Shown piece by piece: positions 47,446-60,010 of a DNA stretch of 64,000 bases (positions within the stretch are counted from its first letter, which is position 1; each line of letters starts with the position of its first letter). Source of the stretch: Pseudomonadales bacterium (GTDB lineage Bacteria; Patescibacteriota; Microgenomatia; UBA1400; PJMF01); assembly GCA_020632255.1 (NCBI GenBank), contig JACKFX010000002.1:18905-82904 (forward strand). The letters are read 5' to 3'. A model generated the notes under the pieces. That model saw nothing but the letters and a program-made list of their open reading frames with translations, was not told the DNA's origin and did not search any database. Made by a program: the position numbers and the translations under genes.

Positions 47446-48996
47446 TTACCTATCAATATGAACAACAGAACTCACATCCCAAATGACTAAACAAGGAGCA
47501 TCATGAGGCCGACAGTACCGTGCCACTTCAGGAAAACCTGATACATTCATCTTGACCCGGTCTTCATTTGCAACGTACCACACGTGCTCGAATGACTGCG
47601 AACGTTGAACAAAGTTCTCAGGGAATGTTACTGAAGGGAAGCCAACTCCTTCTACATAGATATGCTCAACTGACTGGCGATGTAAGTACATCAAGATACC
47701 ATCTGGCAATGTTCCAAAACTACCCTCTGTTGCCAATGCTACAGAACTTGTTTGGGCAGTGTCTCTTAGTAATGCAGTTGTCTCAAGAATTCCATGCCCA
47801 GATGACCACCCTTCTAAATACTGAAAACTATCCTCCATAACGTATGGAGTAGTATCTGCTTTTGTAGCTGCAGAAACAATAAATCCAAGTGACTGAGTGA
47901 CAGTATTTGCTAACAACAGTGCTATTCCTAAGGCAAACCCAACACGCAGAAGCATTCGTTTTTCAAATTTCTCAAAAAATACTACTATACCCTCAAAACT
48001 AATAGCTAACGCGAGGGTGAAAAAGACAACAGCAGGAAAAAAATATCGGGGATGCACCACTTTTCCCATAATAAAAATGGGTAAACATACCAGCATACCA
48101 GCCCAAAAAAAAGTATGCACCCGTTGTTGTACTGTGCGAGAAAACAAGCCGTAGACAGTAATAATTACAGCTGGGAGCGTCATGTACCACACAAAGTAAT
48201 ACAAGTATCGGGGTATACGTAGCACGTTACTCAACCACCTACCGTGTAAAACTTCAGAAAGTGGATATAAAAAGTCACTTCCGCGAGCAAAAAGTTGAGA
48301 GAAAGCAGGATGTACTGCTAACAAACTCACTACTGCTGCCCCTAGCCCAATAGCTACTGATACTAAAACTACTTTTCTAACTAACTCATTTTTATTTTTT
48401 GTGAGTGTTAAAAGCAAATATAAGGCAGGAAAAGCTAGTACTGCTGGAATTTTTGCCAACAAGCCAATGACTACACCAAAAACCAAAACTCCCAATGCAA
48501 CGCTTTCTTGCCCGCTGACAAGCTGTTGTTTCTTCCCAGAAGCTCTCGTTACTAGAACCACTCCATATATCATTATGGTCACAGCTAGACCTAACAGGGC
48601 CTCTGTAAGTGCCATTCGATGGTAGGTATACCAAAATGGAAGTATCACTGTCATCAATGAACCAAAGATATGAACGCTTTTTCGAGTACTCAGTTTTTGA
48701 AGCAGTGCATACATCATCACCAACTGACCAAATCCAATCAAAACAGACACAAAACGAGCAGCATACAGTTGATTATCGAATAGTAACTGAAACGGCACCA
48801 TTAGCCACATCATCAATGGTGTTTTCCCGTCATTGAGCGGAAAAAAGGCATACTGCTGCCAATCGTCAATCATTAACTGAGTCCAACGGATATAAATTGC
48901 TTCGTCGGCAAACACAGGTAAGGAAACCAGGCCCCATAGATGGAGCCCCCAATACAAACCAGCCAATGAAATAAATGCAAATGAGAGTTTTTTCAT
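47446..48996 (-). CDS. GT-C membrane glycosyltransferase, family 39/83 (ArnT-like)
   Basis: ...LPVFADEAIYIRW... DE loop after TM1, multi-TM. Start moved to Met25 (MKKLSFAF), 1 nt after the upstream stop. Confidence 0.6.
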   Translation of the reverse strand: MKKLSFAFISLAGLYWGLHLWGLVSLPVFADEAIYIRWTQLMIDDWQQYAFFPLNDGKTPLMMWLMVPFQLLFDNQLYAARFVSVLIGFGQLVMMYALLQKLSTRKSVHIFGSLMTVILPFWYTYHRMALTEALLGLAVTIMIYGVVLVTRASGKKQQLVSGQESVALGVLVFGVVIGLLAKIPAVLAFPALYLLLTLTKNKNELVRKVVLVSVAIGLGAAVVSLLAVHPAFSQLFARGSDFLYPLSEVLHGRWLSNVLRIPRYLYYFVWYMTLPAVIITVYGLFSRTVQQRVHTFFWAGMLVCLPIFIMGKVVHPRYFFPAVVFFTLALAISFEGIVVFFEKFEKRMLLRVGFALGIALLLANTVTQSLGFIVSAATKADTTPYVMEDSFQYLEGWSSGHGILETTALLRDTAQTSSVALATEGSFGTLPDGILMYLHRQSVEHIYVEGVGFPSVTFPENFVQRSQSFEHVWYVANEDRVKMNVSGFPEVARYCRPHDAPCLVIWDVSSVVHIDR

Positions 48997-48997
48997 A

Positions 48998-50344
48998 CTA
49001 TCTCCACCAAAGTGGTTTTTTACGATAGGTCCATGCGTAGTACCCAACCAGAATGAGAGCCACACCAAACCATGTAATAACTTTTTGATGAGTCAGTACG
49101 TCCCCATCAAAGTTGCCTGTAGCCAACCATGGTACGTATCTAAACAGAGAAGTAATTGAAAAGCCAACAAGTACCATTCTCCAAATAGGATTCTTTATAA
49201 ATGGCAGCCATACAAAGACCCAAAGCAGATACCAAGGATGAAACTGCTGAGAACGACTGGTTAGTAGAGGAATGAATAACAACGCCGAAGAAATATACGG
49301 AACGAAACCAAATACTTTTTCTAGCACCAAGTTACTGCCTCCATTCAACAACGTTACCACGAATGGATACTGAATCCTCTCTGCAATTTTCTCGAGAGAA
49401 AAAAGCTTTACTGCATGTAAAGCCACCAACAGAAGCCAGGGAATTATCAATACAACCGTCGCAAACTTAATCATTATTGAAAAACACAAAAACGCAGCAC
49501 TCACCGCCAATGCGGAGGGAGGCACGTACTTTTGTCGCATCACCTTGAACAAAACTGCAAATGCTGCCACTGCTGGCGCCATCATCCACAAGTCGTTATG
49601 CATATTAGAAACAACTTCAATCATAAAAAGTGGATTAGCAAACAGTAAAAATAGCTCTGGCACAGAAAGATACTTCCGACGCATTTCGACTGAAAAATAC
49701 TGTAGCGCCACATACAATCCTAAAATGCTAAAAACGCTCAACAATCGAAAGTTCATCCAGGTTACAAAAAACTTGCCAAATCCCAAAACATAGGGCGCTA
49801 TCGAAACACCAGTCCATCCATATCCATAGGGAGCCGGAGTATGAGTATTATGCATAAACCGTGTCCATGGATCTTCAGAAAAATCGAGCGCAACTTGTTG
49901 GTGAGGATTAGCGTCATACTCCATCACCATCTTGGCATTAAAAATATAGTTAAACACATCGTGAGACAGTGCGTTGTAAGAAAAAAGGAGTGGAAAAAGT
50001 ATTAAGACATACACAAGCAGAGCTTTCTTATACTCGCCGGTGAAAATCTTTGTAAGCGAAAAATGAGTCGTTCTATGCAATGCACATTCCTCAACTTTTT
50101 CCGCCAATGTACCAGCAATGCCTCTACGCATCCTAAAATACACAAAAAAGTAGATACAAAAACCAAATGAAACTAACGCAGCAAAAATGAGCGCAGATAG
50201 CTGTGGATCATCATACAAAAGTTTCCACATAAAGGCCTGGAATGATTGATACCATTCTGCCTGAAACAAGACCAGGTTTGGGTCAGTCAAACCAAAGCTA
50301 AAGAGTGTGTACAGTGCAGTCCATACGACAAGTAGTAAACTCAT
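48998..50344 (-). CDS. integral membrane protein of unknown function (about 12 TM helices; possible polymerase or GT-C)
   Basis: Highly hydrophobic. Sits between the DPM1-like GT2 and the GT-C genes. Confidence 0.35.
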   Translation of the reverse strand: MSLLLVVWTALYTLFSFGLTDPNLVLFQAEWYQSFQAFMWKLLYDDPQLSALIFAALVSFGFCIYFFVYFRMRRGIAGTLAEKVEECALHRTTHFSLTKIFTGEYKKALLVYVLILFPLLFSYNALSHDVFNYIFNAKMVMEYDANPHQQVALDFSEDPWTRFMHNTHTPAPYGYGWTGVSIAPYVLGFGKFFVTWMNFRLLSVFSILGLYVALQYFSVEMRRKYLSVPELFLLFANPLFMIEVVSNMHNDLWMMAPAVAAFAVLFKVMRQKYVPPSALAVSAAFLCFSIMIKFATVVLIIPWLLLVALHAVKLFSLEKIAERIQYPFVVTLLNGGSNLVLEKVFGFVPYISSALLFIPLLTSRSQQFHPWYLLWVFVWLPFIKNPIWRMVLVGFSITSLFRYVPWLATGNFDGDVLTHQKVITWFGVALILVGYYAWTYRKKPLWWR

Positions 50345-51099
50345 TACAGATCGTACTTTCCACGAAAACGGGCAAACCGCATTCGTAAAATATCAATAAA
50401 CATTCTCAGTGAATCTTTGACTGGGCTAACGCGCTCAGTTTTATTGTGGTACCACGTAATAGGTACCTCTTGAATCTTAAATCCAAGTTTATTCGCTAAA
50501 TATAATAATTCTACGTCAAATGCACCTGTGTATGCGTCTTTTCTTTCTTTTTGAGAACCATAAATATAGAGATTATTAAATAATAACTCAGTTGCTTCTG
50601 CCGAAAATAATTTAAAACCACACTGTGTATCAAGAATTCCAGGGACCGCAAATATTTGTACTATTAAATTAAACCCTCGACCCATTACACGACGGTACCA
50701 GGGTTCTTCATCACGTCGAGCTCCAACCATCTCGCGGGATCCAATGATCACATTGTAGCCTTTTTTCGTGAATTCGAGTAGCTTTTCAATTTCAGAAAGC
50801 GGAGTTGATTGATCAAAATCAGTAAATAACCGCCACTCGCCTTTTGCAGCTAGCATCCCAGACATGACCGTTGGAGCTTTTCCAGCATGGATATTTTCTA
50901 CAACAGAAATTCGTTTGTCTTTTTGTGCAAACTCTTTGAGTTTTTTCGTGGTTCCATCTGTCGAACCATCATCGGTCAAGATAAGTTCCCACCGATAGTC
51001 TTGTTTTTGTAAGTACTCCAGTACCTGCTCGAGTACGCCTCGCTTTAAATTGCTCATTTCATTGTACGAGGGAATTACAACAGATAAATATGGTTTCAT
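50344..51099 (-). CDS. polyprenyl-phosphate hexosyltransferase (GT2, DPM1/ArnC/GtrB-like)
   Basis: LSVVIPSYNEMSNL...LILTDDGSTDGT... and DFDQSTP, the Dol-P-Man synthase-type GT2 signature. Confidence 0.8.
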   Translation of the reverse strand: MKPYLSVVIPSYNEMSNLKRGVLEQVLEYLQKQDYRWELILTDDGSTDGTTKKLKEFAQKDKRISVVENIHAGKAPTVMSGMLAAKGEWRLFTDFDQSTPLSEIEKLLEFTKKGYNVIIGSREMVGARRDEEPWYRRVMGRGFNLIVQIFAVPGILDTQCGFKLFSAEATELLFNNLYIYGSQKERKDAYTGAFDVELLYLANKLGFKIQEVPITWYHNKTERVSPVKDSLRMFIDILRMRFARFRGKYDL

Positions 51100-51120
51100 G
51101 ACTCTATTTTACCTTCTTTT

Positions 51121-52686
51121 CTATTCATTTGGTACTTCTGGCGTATCATTGCTTTTCCGAAGCATGGTAATTTCTGGTCCTCCAGGAATTTCAAAAACTT
51201 CTTTTGGTTCCTTATCTGGAAAAACAACAATTTCGTACACAGGAGAGTCAGTTACTTTTTCAAGCGCTCTATCTTCATTAATAATAAAGAGCGTTTCAAC
51301 ACTGCCACGCTCTTCAGTCATAACAGGAGAAGTTTCTGTTGTTGAAAGAAAGTACCGATAGTTTTGACCATCAATATCACCTGTTTCAGATAACAAAACA
51401 ATATTATATTTTTCTCCTGGCCTAACTCGTTCCGCAATGGCGTCGCTTGTTCGTTTGATATCGCTCAATTTCCAACCAGTGTCTCCCAGTTGCAAAGTAG
51501 ACAAATTAAAGAAGGTGTAATACCCAACAAAACCAACTGCAGCCACCTTTCCAATGATGCCTTTTTTCCATGCTTCAACAAGCAACATACCAATAATAAA
51601 GAAAGTCACCGGGAAAATATAGGCAACATAATGGTCATATACACTGTGTTCGTATACAGCCGTTCCCAGAACTGCAACTACCATAAACACAGTAATAATA
51701 ACTTCTCCAAAAGCATGCTCTCGTTTTTTCCACTGTGACGCTACGTACCCAACACCTCCAAGCACAACTAATAACATAAACTCATTGAGGTTTCGAATCT
51801 TACCAATCGTGATTTCGAAAAGCATATGCATTGCTCTTCCCTGAGATTCTTTAACGGCTCTAAGGGCTCGATTTCCCTGATGTGTTGCAACCTTAAAGTT
51901 GTCTTCGCCAAAGAGCAAATTTTCAAACGCTTTGACATTGAGCCAATCATGCTTCCAATCAAACAACATCAATGGAATAGTCGATGCCACACCAAGAATT
52001 GCACTCACCATCGTTGCTAACCCAAAAAGCCTCAGTTGTATGTTTCTTTTCTTTGATTTAGACCTGAGCAAAGAAAACAAATGATACATCCAAAATAGCC
52101 CAAAGCTCACACCTGAAAGCAAAGTAATGTAGTGTAACTGAATAAGAGCAGCAAACATGCTAGTGACTACTACCCAATACCATGGATTTTTTTTAATAGC
52201 TCGATATATAGCCCACATCATAATCAGTGAAAGTAGGGGTGCTGGATTTGGATTCCAACTGAAGCGGGTATACACAATCACAGTGGTACAAATAGTGTAG
52301 AGTGCTGTCGCGACAAGTGCAGTTTTTTCTCCAAGCATTTCTCTACCAAGCTTATACATCAAATAGACTGTTAGAACCCCAAGACCTGCAACTGCATACA
52401 CTGGACCCATAGGGCTCGGATAGGATAGCCATAAAAATGGCAACATAAAGTAGTAGTACAACGGACCTAAATACATGTTTCCAACACTGGTAACTGGACC
52501 AATGAAAACTGGATCTGCATCAGTAAATATGCGGGAAACTAGAAACGCATCACGACCCTGATCTCCTAAAAACTGGACCGTATCCTCTAAATTATAAAAG
52601 CGAGTAAAAAAGGCAATTACTATCAAGCTTACCAAAAACCACTGTTTCTTGGTCAGCCCGGCAATTTTTTTGATTACTTGCTTCAT
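51121..52686 (-). CDS. GT-C membrane glycosyltransferase (ArnT/PMT-related)
   Basis: FLGDQGRDAFLVSRIFTDADPVFIGPVTSVGNMYLGPLYYYF first-loop region, then 11-12 TM helices. Start at Met24 (MKQVIKK) to avoid overlapping the upstream gene. Confidence 0.55.
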   Translation of the reverse strand: MKQVIKKIAGLTKKQWFLVSLIVIAFFTRFYNLEDTVQFLGDQGRDAFLVSRIFTDADPVFIGPVTSVGNMYLGPLYYYFMLPFLWLSYPSPMGPVYAVAGLGVLTVYLMYKLGREMLGEKTALVATALYTICTTVIVYTRFSWNPNPAPLLSLIMMWAIYRAIKKNPWYWVVVTSMFAALIQLHYITLLSGVSFGLFWMYHLFSLLRSKSKKRNIQLRLFGLATMVSAILGVASTIPLMLFDWKHDWLNVKAFENLLFGEDNFKVATHQGNRALRAVKESQGRAMHMLFEITIGKIRNLNEFMLLVVLGGVGYVASQWKKREHAFGEVIITVFMVVAVLGTAVYEHSVYDHYVAYIFPVTFFIIGMLLVEAWKKGIIGKVAAVGFVGYYTFFNLSTLQLGDTGWKLSDIKRTSDAIAERVRPGEKYNIVLLSETGDIDGQNYRYFLSTTETSPVMTEERGSVETLFIINEDRALEKVTDSPVYEIVVFPDKEPKEVFEIPGGPEITMLRKSNDTPEVPNE

Positions 52687-52693
52687 AATCAGC

Positions 52694-55813
<3,120 letters not shown>

Positions 55814-55814
<1 letters not shown>

Positions 55815-57103
55815 TATTTTCTTCCCACTCCCAGATACTCATACCCAGCTTTAGAAATTTTTTCGGGGTTGAATTGATTTCGTGCATCGATAAAGTACTG
55901 CTTTTTATCCTCTTTTGTTGATGCATAATCAAATGCCACTATCTCACTCCACTCAATCAATGCAATAACGACATCTGCTCCGGCCACTGCCGCTTCAATG
56001 GTTTCGTGAAGCTCAATCTGAGTATCTTGTAAGAAATATTCAGCAGATTTGAGAGCTTTCGGATCAAAACCATGAACTTCAGCACCTTTTTCGACTACCC
56101 AAGGCACAACTTTGGTACTCGGCGCCTCACGCATATCATCTGTATTTGGTTTGAAAGATAAACCAAGAACAGCAACTTGTTTTCCTTCCCAACCACCGAT
56201 TTTTTTACCATAGGCAGTCAATAGCCGATTAATGCGTTGATTGTTAAGCTCGTTGACTTTATTAAACAAATTTTGATCTTCACCAACTAATCTGGAGTAG
56301 TAAGCTAACTCTTTCACATCTTTCGGAAAACATGATCCACCATATCCAAATCCCGGATACCAGTAGTGGCCACCAACACGTTTATCAAGTCCAATTACTG
56401 AGATAACTTCTTGCACATCAGCTCCATTGTGTTCACACAAATCTGCGATCTGATTTATAAAAGTGATACGAGTTGCTAAATAAGCATTTGCTGCATATTT
56501 ACCCATCTGAGCAGATTCGGGAGTTACTTTAACAATTGGAGCTTTAAGTGGACTGTGTAAATCTTCTAGTACCTCAAAAACTTTCTCATTTGTTGCGCCC
56601 AGCACAACTCTGTCTGGGTTAAGCGTATCACTGACAGCACTACCTTCTCGTAAGAATTCAGGAACAGAAGCGAGATCATACCTTGCCGTAGCATGTGTTT
56701 TAAGTATGTCATCAACCGCATCCAGTGTTCCTGGAGGAACGGTAGATTTTACCACCACAATGACCCCTTCTTTAAGATGCGATGCCAATGATTCAGTTGC
56801 TGCATAGAGGTAGGAAAGATTTGCTTTGCCTTCATCGGTTGAAGGTGTGCCGACTGCAATAATAACAATATCGGAACCACCGACTGCCTCGCCATAGTCT
56901 GTAGTGAAAGAAAGATTTCCATCTTTTTGTTGTTCGAGAAGCAACTCCTCAAGTCCAGGTTCATAAAAAGGCACCTTGCCGTTACGGAGTGCCTGAACTT
57001 TTTTCTCATCAATATCAAGCCCAACAACAGTGTGCCCAAAGGAAGCGTACACAGCAGCTGAAACTACACCCACAAATCCTGTTCCAATTATTGTAATCTT
57101 CAT
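55814..57103 (-). CDS. ugd: UDP-glucose 6-dehydrogenase / nucleotide-sugar dehydrogenase
   Basis: MKITIIGTGFVGVV..., a GGSCFPKD block containing the catalytic Cys, and UDPG_MGDP_dh layout. Start at Met35, which has an AGAGAGG RBS. Confidence 0.85.
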
Positions 57104-57143
57104 CTGTAACCTCTCTAAAATTGCAATTTTAGTATACCACTCT

Positions 57144-58115
57144 CTACTCTTGATTTGAGAAGAGTTTCCACTGGTAGCGACTATACACCCAATCAGCAAG
57201 GGCACTAGTGTCGTAGAAACGATCCTGGCTTCCCATCATAATCACAATAATATCGCCGGCCGTTTCAGTTTGATATTCAGATATCAACACTTGCCCAGCT
57301 TTTTCGGTGGTACCTGTCTTTATACCAACCACCTGAGGATTTTCAAGCAGGAGCTGATTTGTGGTGTGAAGTACATGGGGCACTGTCCCCTGGTAGTTAT
57401 AAATAGTCGTTTCAGCTGTCGCAACTACATCTCGAATAAATGGCACTTTTATTGCTTCTGTTGCCAAAACATATAAATCGTAGGCCGACGTGTACTGTGT
57501 CTCTGCATCAAACCCAGCAGGGTTCTCAAAGTGAGAGCTCTGCATACCAATTTCAGCTGCTTTTTGGTTCATTGCCTCAATAAAAGCTTCGAATCCATCA
57601 GGGTGATTATTTGCTATCACATAGGCTGCATCATTTCCAGAACTTATCAACATCGCCATTAGTAAACTCCTGACTGTCAGTTGCTCACCACGGAAAAACC
57701 CGATCACGTTACCCGCTGTGTTTGTTTCTGATTCGACCGTCAAAACATCATCCAAAGAATACGTATCGAGAGCTACCAGAGCTGTTAATAGTTTAGTAGT
57801 TGATGCTGGAGCTCGTTGAATATGTTCGTTCTTTTTGTAAAGCACTGCCCCAGAATCTAAGTCGGCAATATATGCCGCTTGAGCAGTGATAGATAGATCA
57901 CTTGCTTTAGGTGTAGCAGCAATTGTGGCACTTTCAGGGGATGATGTCTCTAGATCAGATAAAACAGGAATTGAGTCGATTTGACGCAAAAAGACAGGAT
58001 ACCTGGTTGGTTCAGCACCTATTGAAGGCTTCTGCCACCATAGTACTAGACCAACCAAACTTAACACAAAAACTATAATACCAACTACACGCAGTAATTT
58101 ATTCATTACTTCCAT
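57144..58115 (-). CDS. D-alanyl-D-alanine carboxypeptidase (S11, PBP5/DacA-like)
   Basis: N-terminal TM anchor, ASTTKLLTA (SxxK), SGND (SxN), KTGT. Confidence 0.8.
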   Translation of the reverse strand: MEVMNKLLRVVGIIVFVLSLVGLVLWWQKPSIGAEPTRYPVFLRQIDSIPVLSDLETSSPESATIAATPKASDLSITAQAAYIADLDSGAVLYKKNEHIQRAPASTTKLLTALVALDTYSLDDVLTVESETNTAGNVIGFFRGEQLTVRSLLMAMLISSGNDAAYVIANNHPDGFEAFIEAMNQKAAEIGMQSSHFENPAGFDAETQYTSAYDLYVLATEAIKVPFIRDVVATAETTIYNYQGTVPHVLHTTNQLLLENPQVVGIKTGTTEKAGQVLISEYQTETAGDIIVIMMGSQDRFYDTSALADWVYSRYQWKLFSNQE

Positions 58116-58145
58116 TGTAAGAGACCAGAGGCCTCAAGCCAAGCG

Positions 58146-59570
58146 CTACTTACGCATTTTCTTTTTTACAACAGAAATGTGTAAATCTGCAAGTTGTTCC
58201 TCAGAAACAGGACTTGGCGCATCCATGACAGCAGTTCTACCACTTGAGGTCATTGGAAAGGCAATTGCTTCCTTAAGTGAAGTCTCGTTGGCCAAAATCA
58301 TCGCCAAACGGTCAAGACCTAGGGCAATACCCCCATGCGGAGGAGTTCCAACTTCAAAGGCCTCAAGCATGTGACCCACTGAGTCGGTAATTTCTTGATC
58401 ACTGTAGCCCATGATCTTGAAAGTGGTACGAAGCACTTCTGGATTGTGCGCACGGACACTTCCTCCACCGGCTTCATAGCCGTTACAAACCAAGTCATAC
58501 TGTGATGTTAGGATTTCACCGATGTTTTCTTGTGCAAGGTGTTGTTCAAGGTGTTCTGGAAGTGGAGCGCTGAATGGGTTGTGAGTAAAGGTCCATCCGC
58601 TCTTTCCGTCACGAACTTCTGCAATGTCCTCCTTATCAACTTTCTTAAAGAATGGGAACTTAACCACCCAAGCAAAAGATAATACTCCAGCTTCTTTTTC
58701 TTCTTCTGTTCGAAGATCGAATTTATCAGCACCGTGCTGCTTGATTGCCTCTTCGTAGGTGAAAACTGGGAAAGTTTCATCTTTGAGCGTGCCGCCAACT
58801 TTTTTGACTGCATGTTTTACCATGGCTTCAACAGTGTTCATGATGTCTTCTTGTTTGGCAAAGCTCATCTCGAGGTCGAGCTGAGTGAACTCAAATCCAC
58901 GATCTGCACGCAGGTCTTCATCACGAATACAACGAGCAACCTGGAAGTAGCGCTCAACACCGGCAGTCATTAACAGTTGTTTGTACTGCTGAGGAGACTG
59001 TGGTAAAGCATAAAACTTTCCTTCCTGGAAACGTGACGGCACGATAAAGTCACGAGCGCCTTCTTTGGTTGACTTAGTCAACATAGGAGTTTCAACTTCA
59101 ACAAAATCTTCTGCAAATAAATACTCTCGCAAGGCTTGAATAAAGGCTGAGCGAGTGCGAAGAGCGGTGTTCATGCGAGGCCGACGTAAGTCTAAATAGC
59201 GATACTTGAGACGAACTTCTTCGCTAATTTCTTTACCATCACCTTCTACCGGAATTGGCAGTTCTTTCGCTTTGTTCAAAACCGTGTATTCTTTGACTTC
59301 AATCTCAATCGCTCCAGTGGCTTGCTCCTTGTTGATCATGCGCTCAGGACGTGCTTTAACAAGACCTTTGATCTCGATAACAGACTCTGTGGTCAACTCT
59401 CCCATCATCTGGAAACCAACACACTGGACACTGCCAGTTCGGTCGCGCAAATCAATAAAGGTTAGCTTGCCGTGATCTCGTTTGGTGGCAACCCATCCCT
59501 GGAGAACTACTTCTTCTCCTACTTTTTCAAGTGCTTCTAACACCATGGTTCTGTCTGTAATGCCGCGCAT
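58146..59570 (-). CDS. aspS: aspartyl-tRNA synthetase (short form lacking the bacterial insertion domain)
   Basis: Anticodon-binding OB N-terminus, class-II motif 2 ARCIRDEDLRADRGFEFTQLDLEMSF, motif 3 ..GGIALGLDRL... 474 aa. RBS GGGAAAG 5 nt before the ATG. Confidence 0.85.
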   Translation of the reverse strand: MRGITDRTMVLEALEKVGEEVVLQGWVATKRDHGKLTFIDLRDRTGSVQCVGFQMMGELTTESVIEIKGLVKARPERMINKEQATGAIEIEVKEYTVLNKAKELPIPVEGDGKEISEEVRLKYRYLDLRRPRMNTALRTRSAFIQALREYLFAEDFVEVETPMLTKSTKEGARDFIVPSRFQEGKFYALPQSPQQYKQLLMTAGVERYFQVARCIRDEDLRADRGFEFTQLDLEMSFAKQEDIMNTVEAMVKHAVKKVGGTLKDETFPVFTYEEAIKQHGADKFDLRTEEEKEAGVLSFAWVVKFPFFKKVDKEDIAEVRDGKSGWTFTHNPFSAPLPEHLEQHLAQENIGEILTSQYDLVCNGYEAGGGSVRAHNPEVLRTTFKIMGYSDQEITDSVGHMLEAFEVGTPPHGGIALGLDRLAMILANETSLKEAIAFPMTSSGRTAVMDAPSPVSEEQLADLHISVVKKKMRK

Positions 59571-59654
59571 ACATACTTTCCCGCAACCTTTTGGGCCGCA
59601 TTACTATTTTGTACTCGCAGTACTACGCGTTTTATTTTTTGAGTGATTAGATAT

Positions 59655-59692
59655 AAAAAAACCTCGTCACACAAAAAATTGTGCGTACGAGG
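59655..59692 (-). terminator. rho-independent terminator (minus strand)
   Basis: Minus-strand RNA reads CCUCGUACGCACAAUUUUUUGUGUGACGAGG followed by U8. It terminates transcripts arriving from the recJ side and from the non-coding region. Confidence 0.5.
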
Positions 59693-60010
59693 GTCTCCAA
59701 AGTATTTTGAAAACGGTGCCACCTCTGTAGCTGCTTCATTCCTGCTGTTACGGGCTTACCCGGCTGGTTCTACTCTGCATTCATAGTTACACATTTTTAT
59801 GTGAAACAAATACATTTCTTCAAGCTGCGTGATATAGTTTTATTACTATATACTCGTTTGTTGTCTGCAAACTGTTGCGCATTTAGTTTTATCAAGTAGT
59901 GATATTCTACAATACGAGTTTCCAGTTTGCAACTCAGAAACCCGCCTATACTTTTCAGCTACCTCAATCTTCTCCCCACCTACCGTAACCCAGAACCCGT
60001 ACGTTCCGTT
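59693..60010 (-). ncRNA. candidate small RNA in a 320-nt non-coding gap (weak SRP-RNA domain-IV-like motif)
   Basis: No ORF of 60 aa or more on either strand. The region sits directly upstream of the terminator on the minus strand. Minus-strand ...GUAACAGCAGGAAUGAAGCAGCUAC... resembles the bacterial SRP RNA GGAAGGAAGCAGC helix-8 motif (12 of 13 positions), but the flanking pairing is unconvincing by eye. Confidence 0.2.

Noticed and set aside
59693-59800. Confident call of a 4.5S/SRP RNA gene
   Set aside because: Only the helix-8-like core matches. The expected long terminal helix pairing the 5' and 3' ends is not evident, so it is kept as a low-confidence candidate rather than a call.
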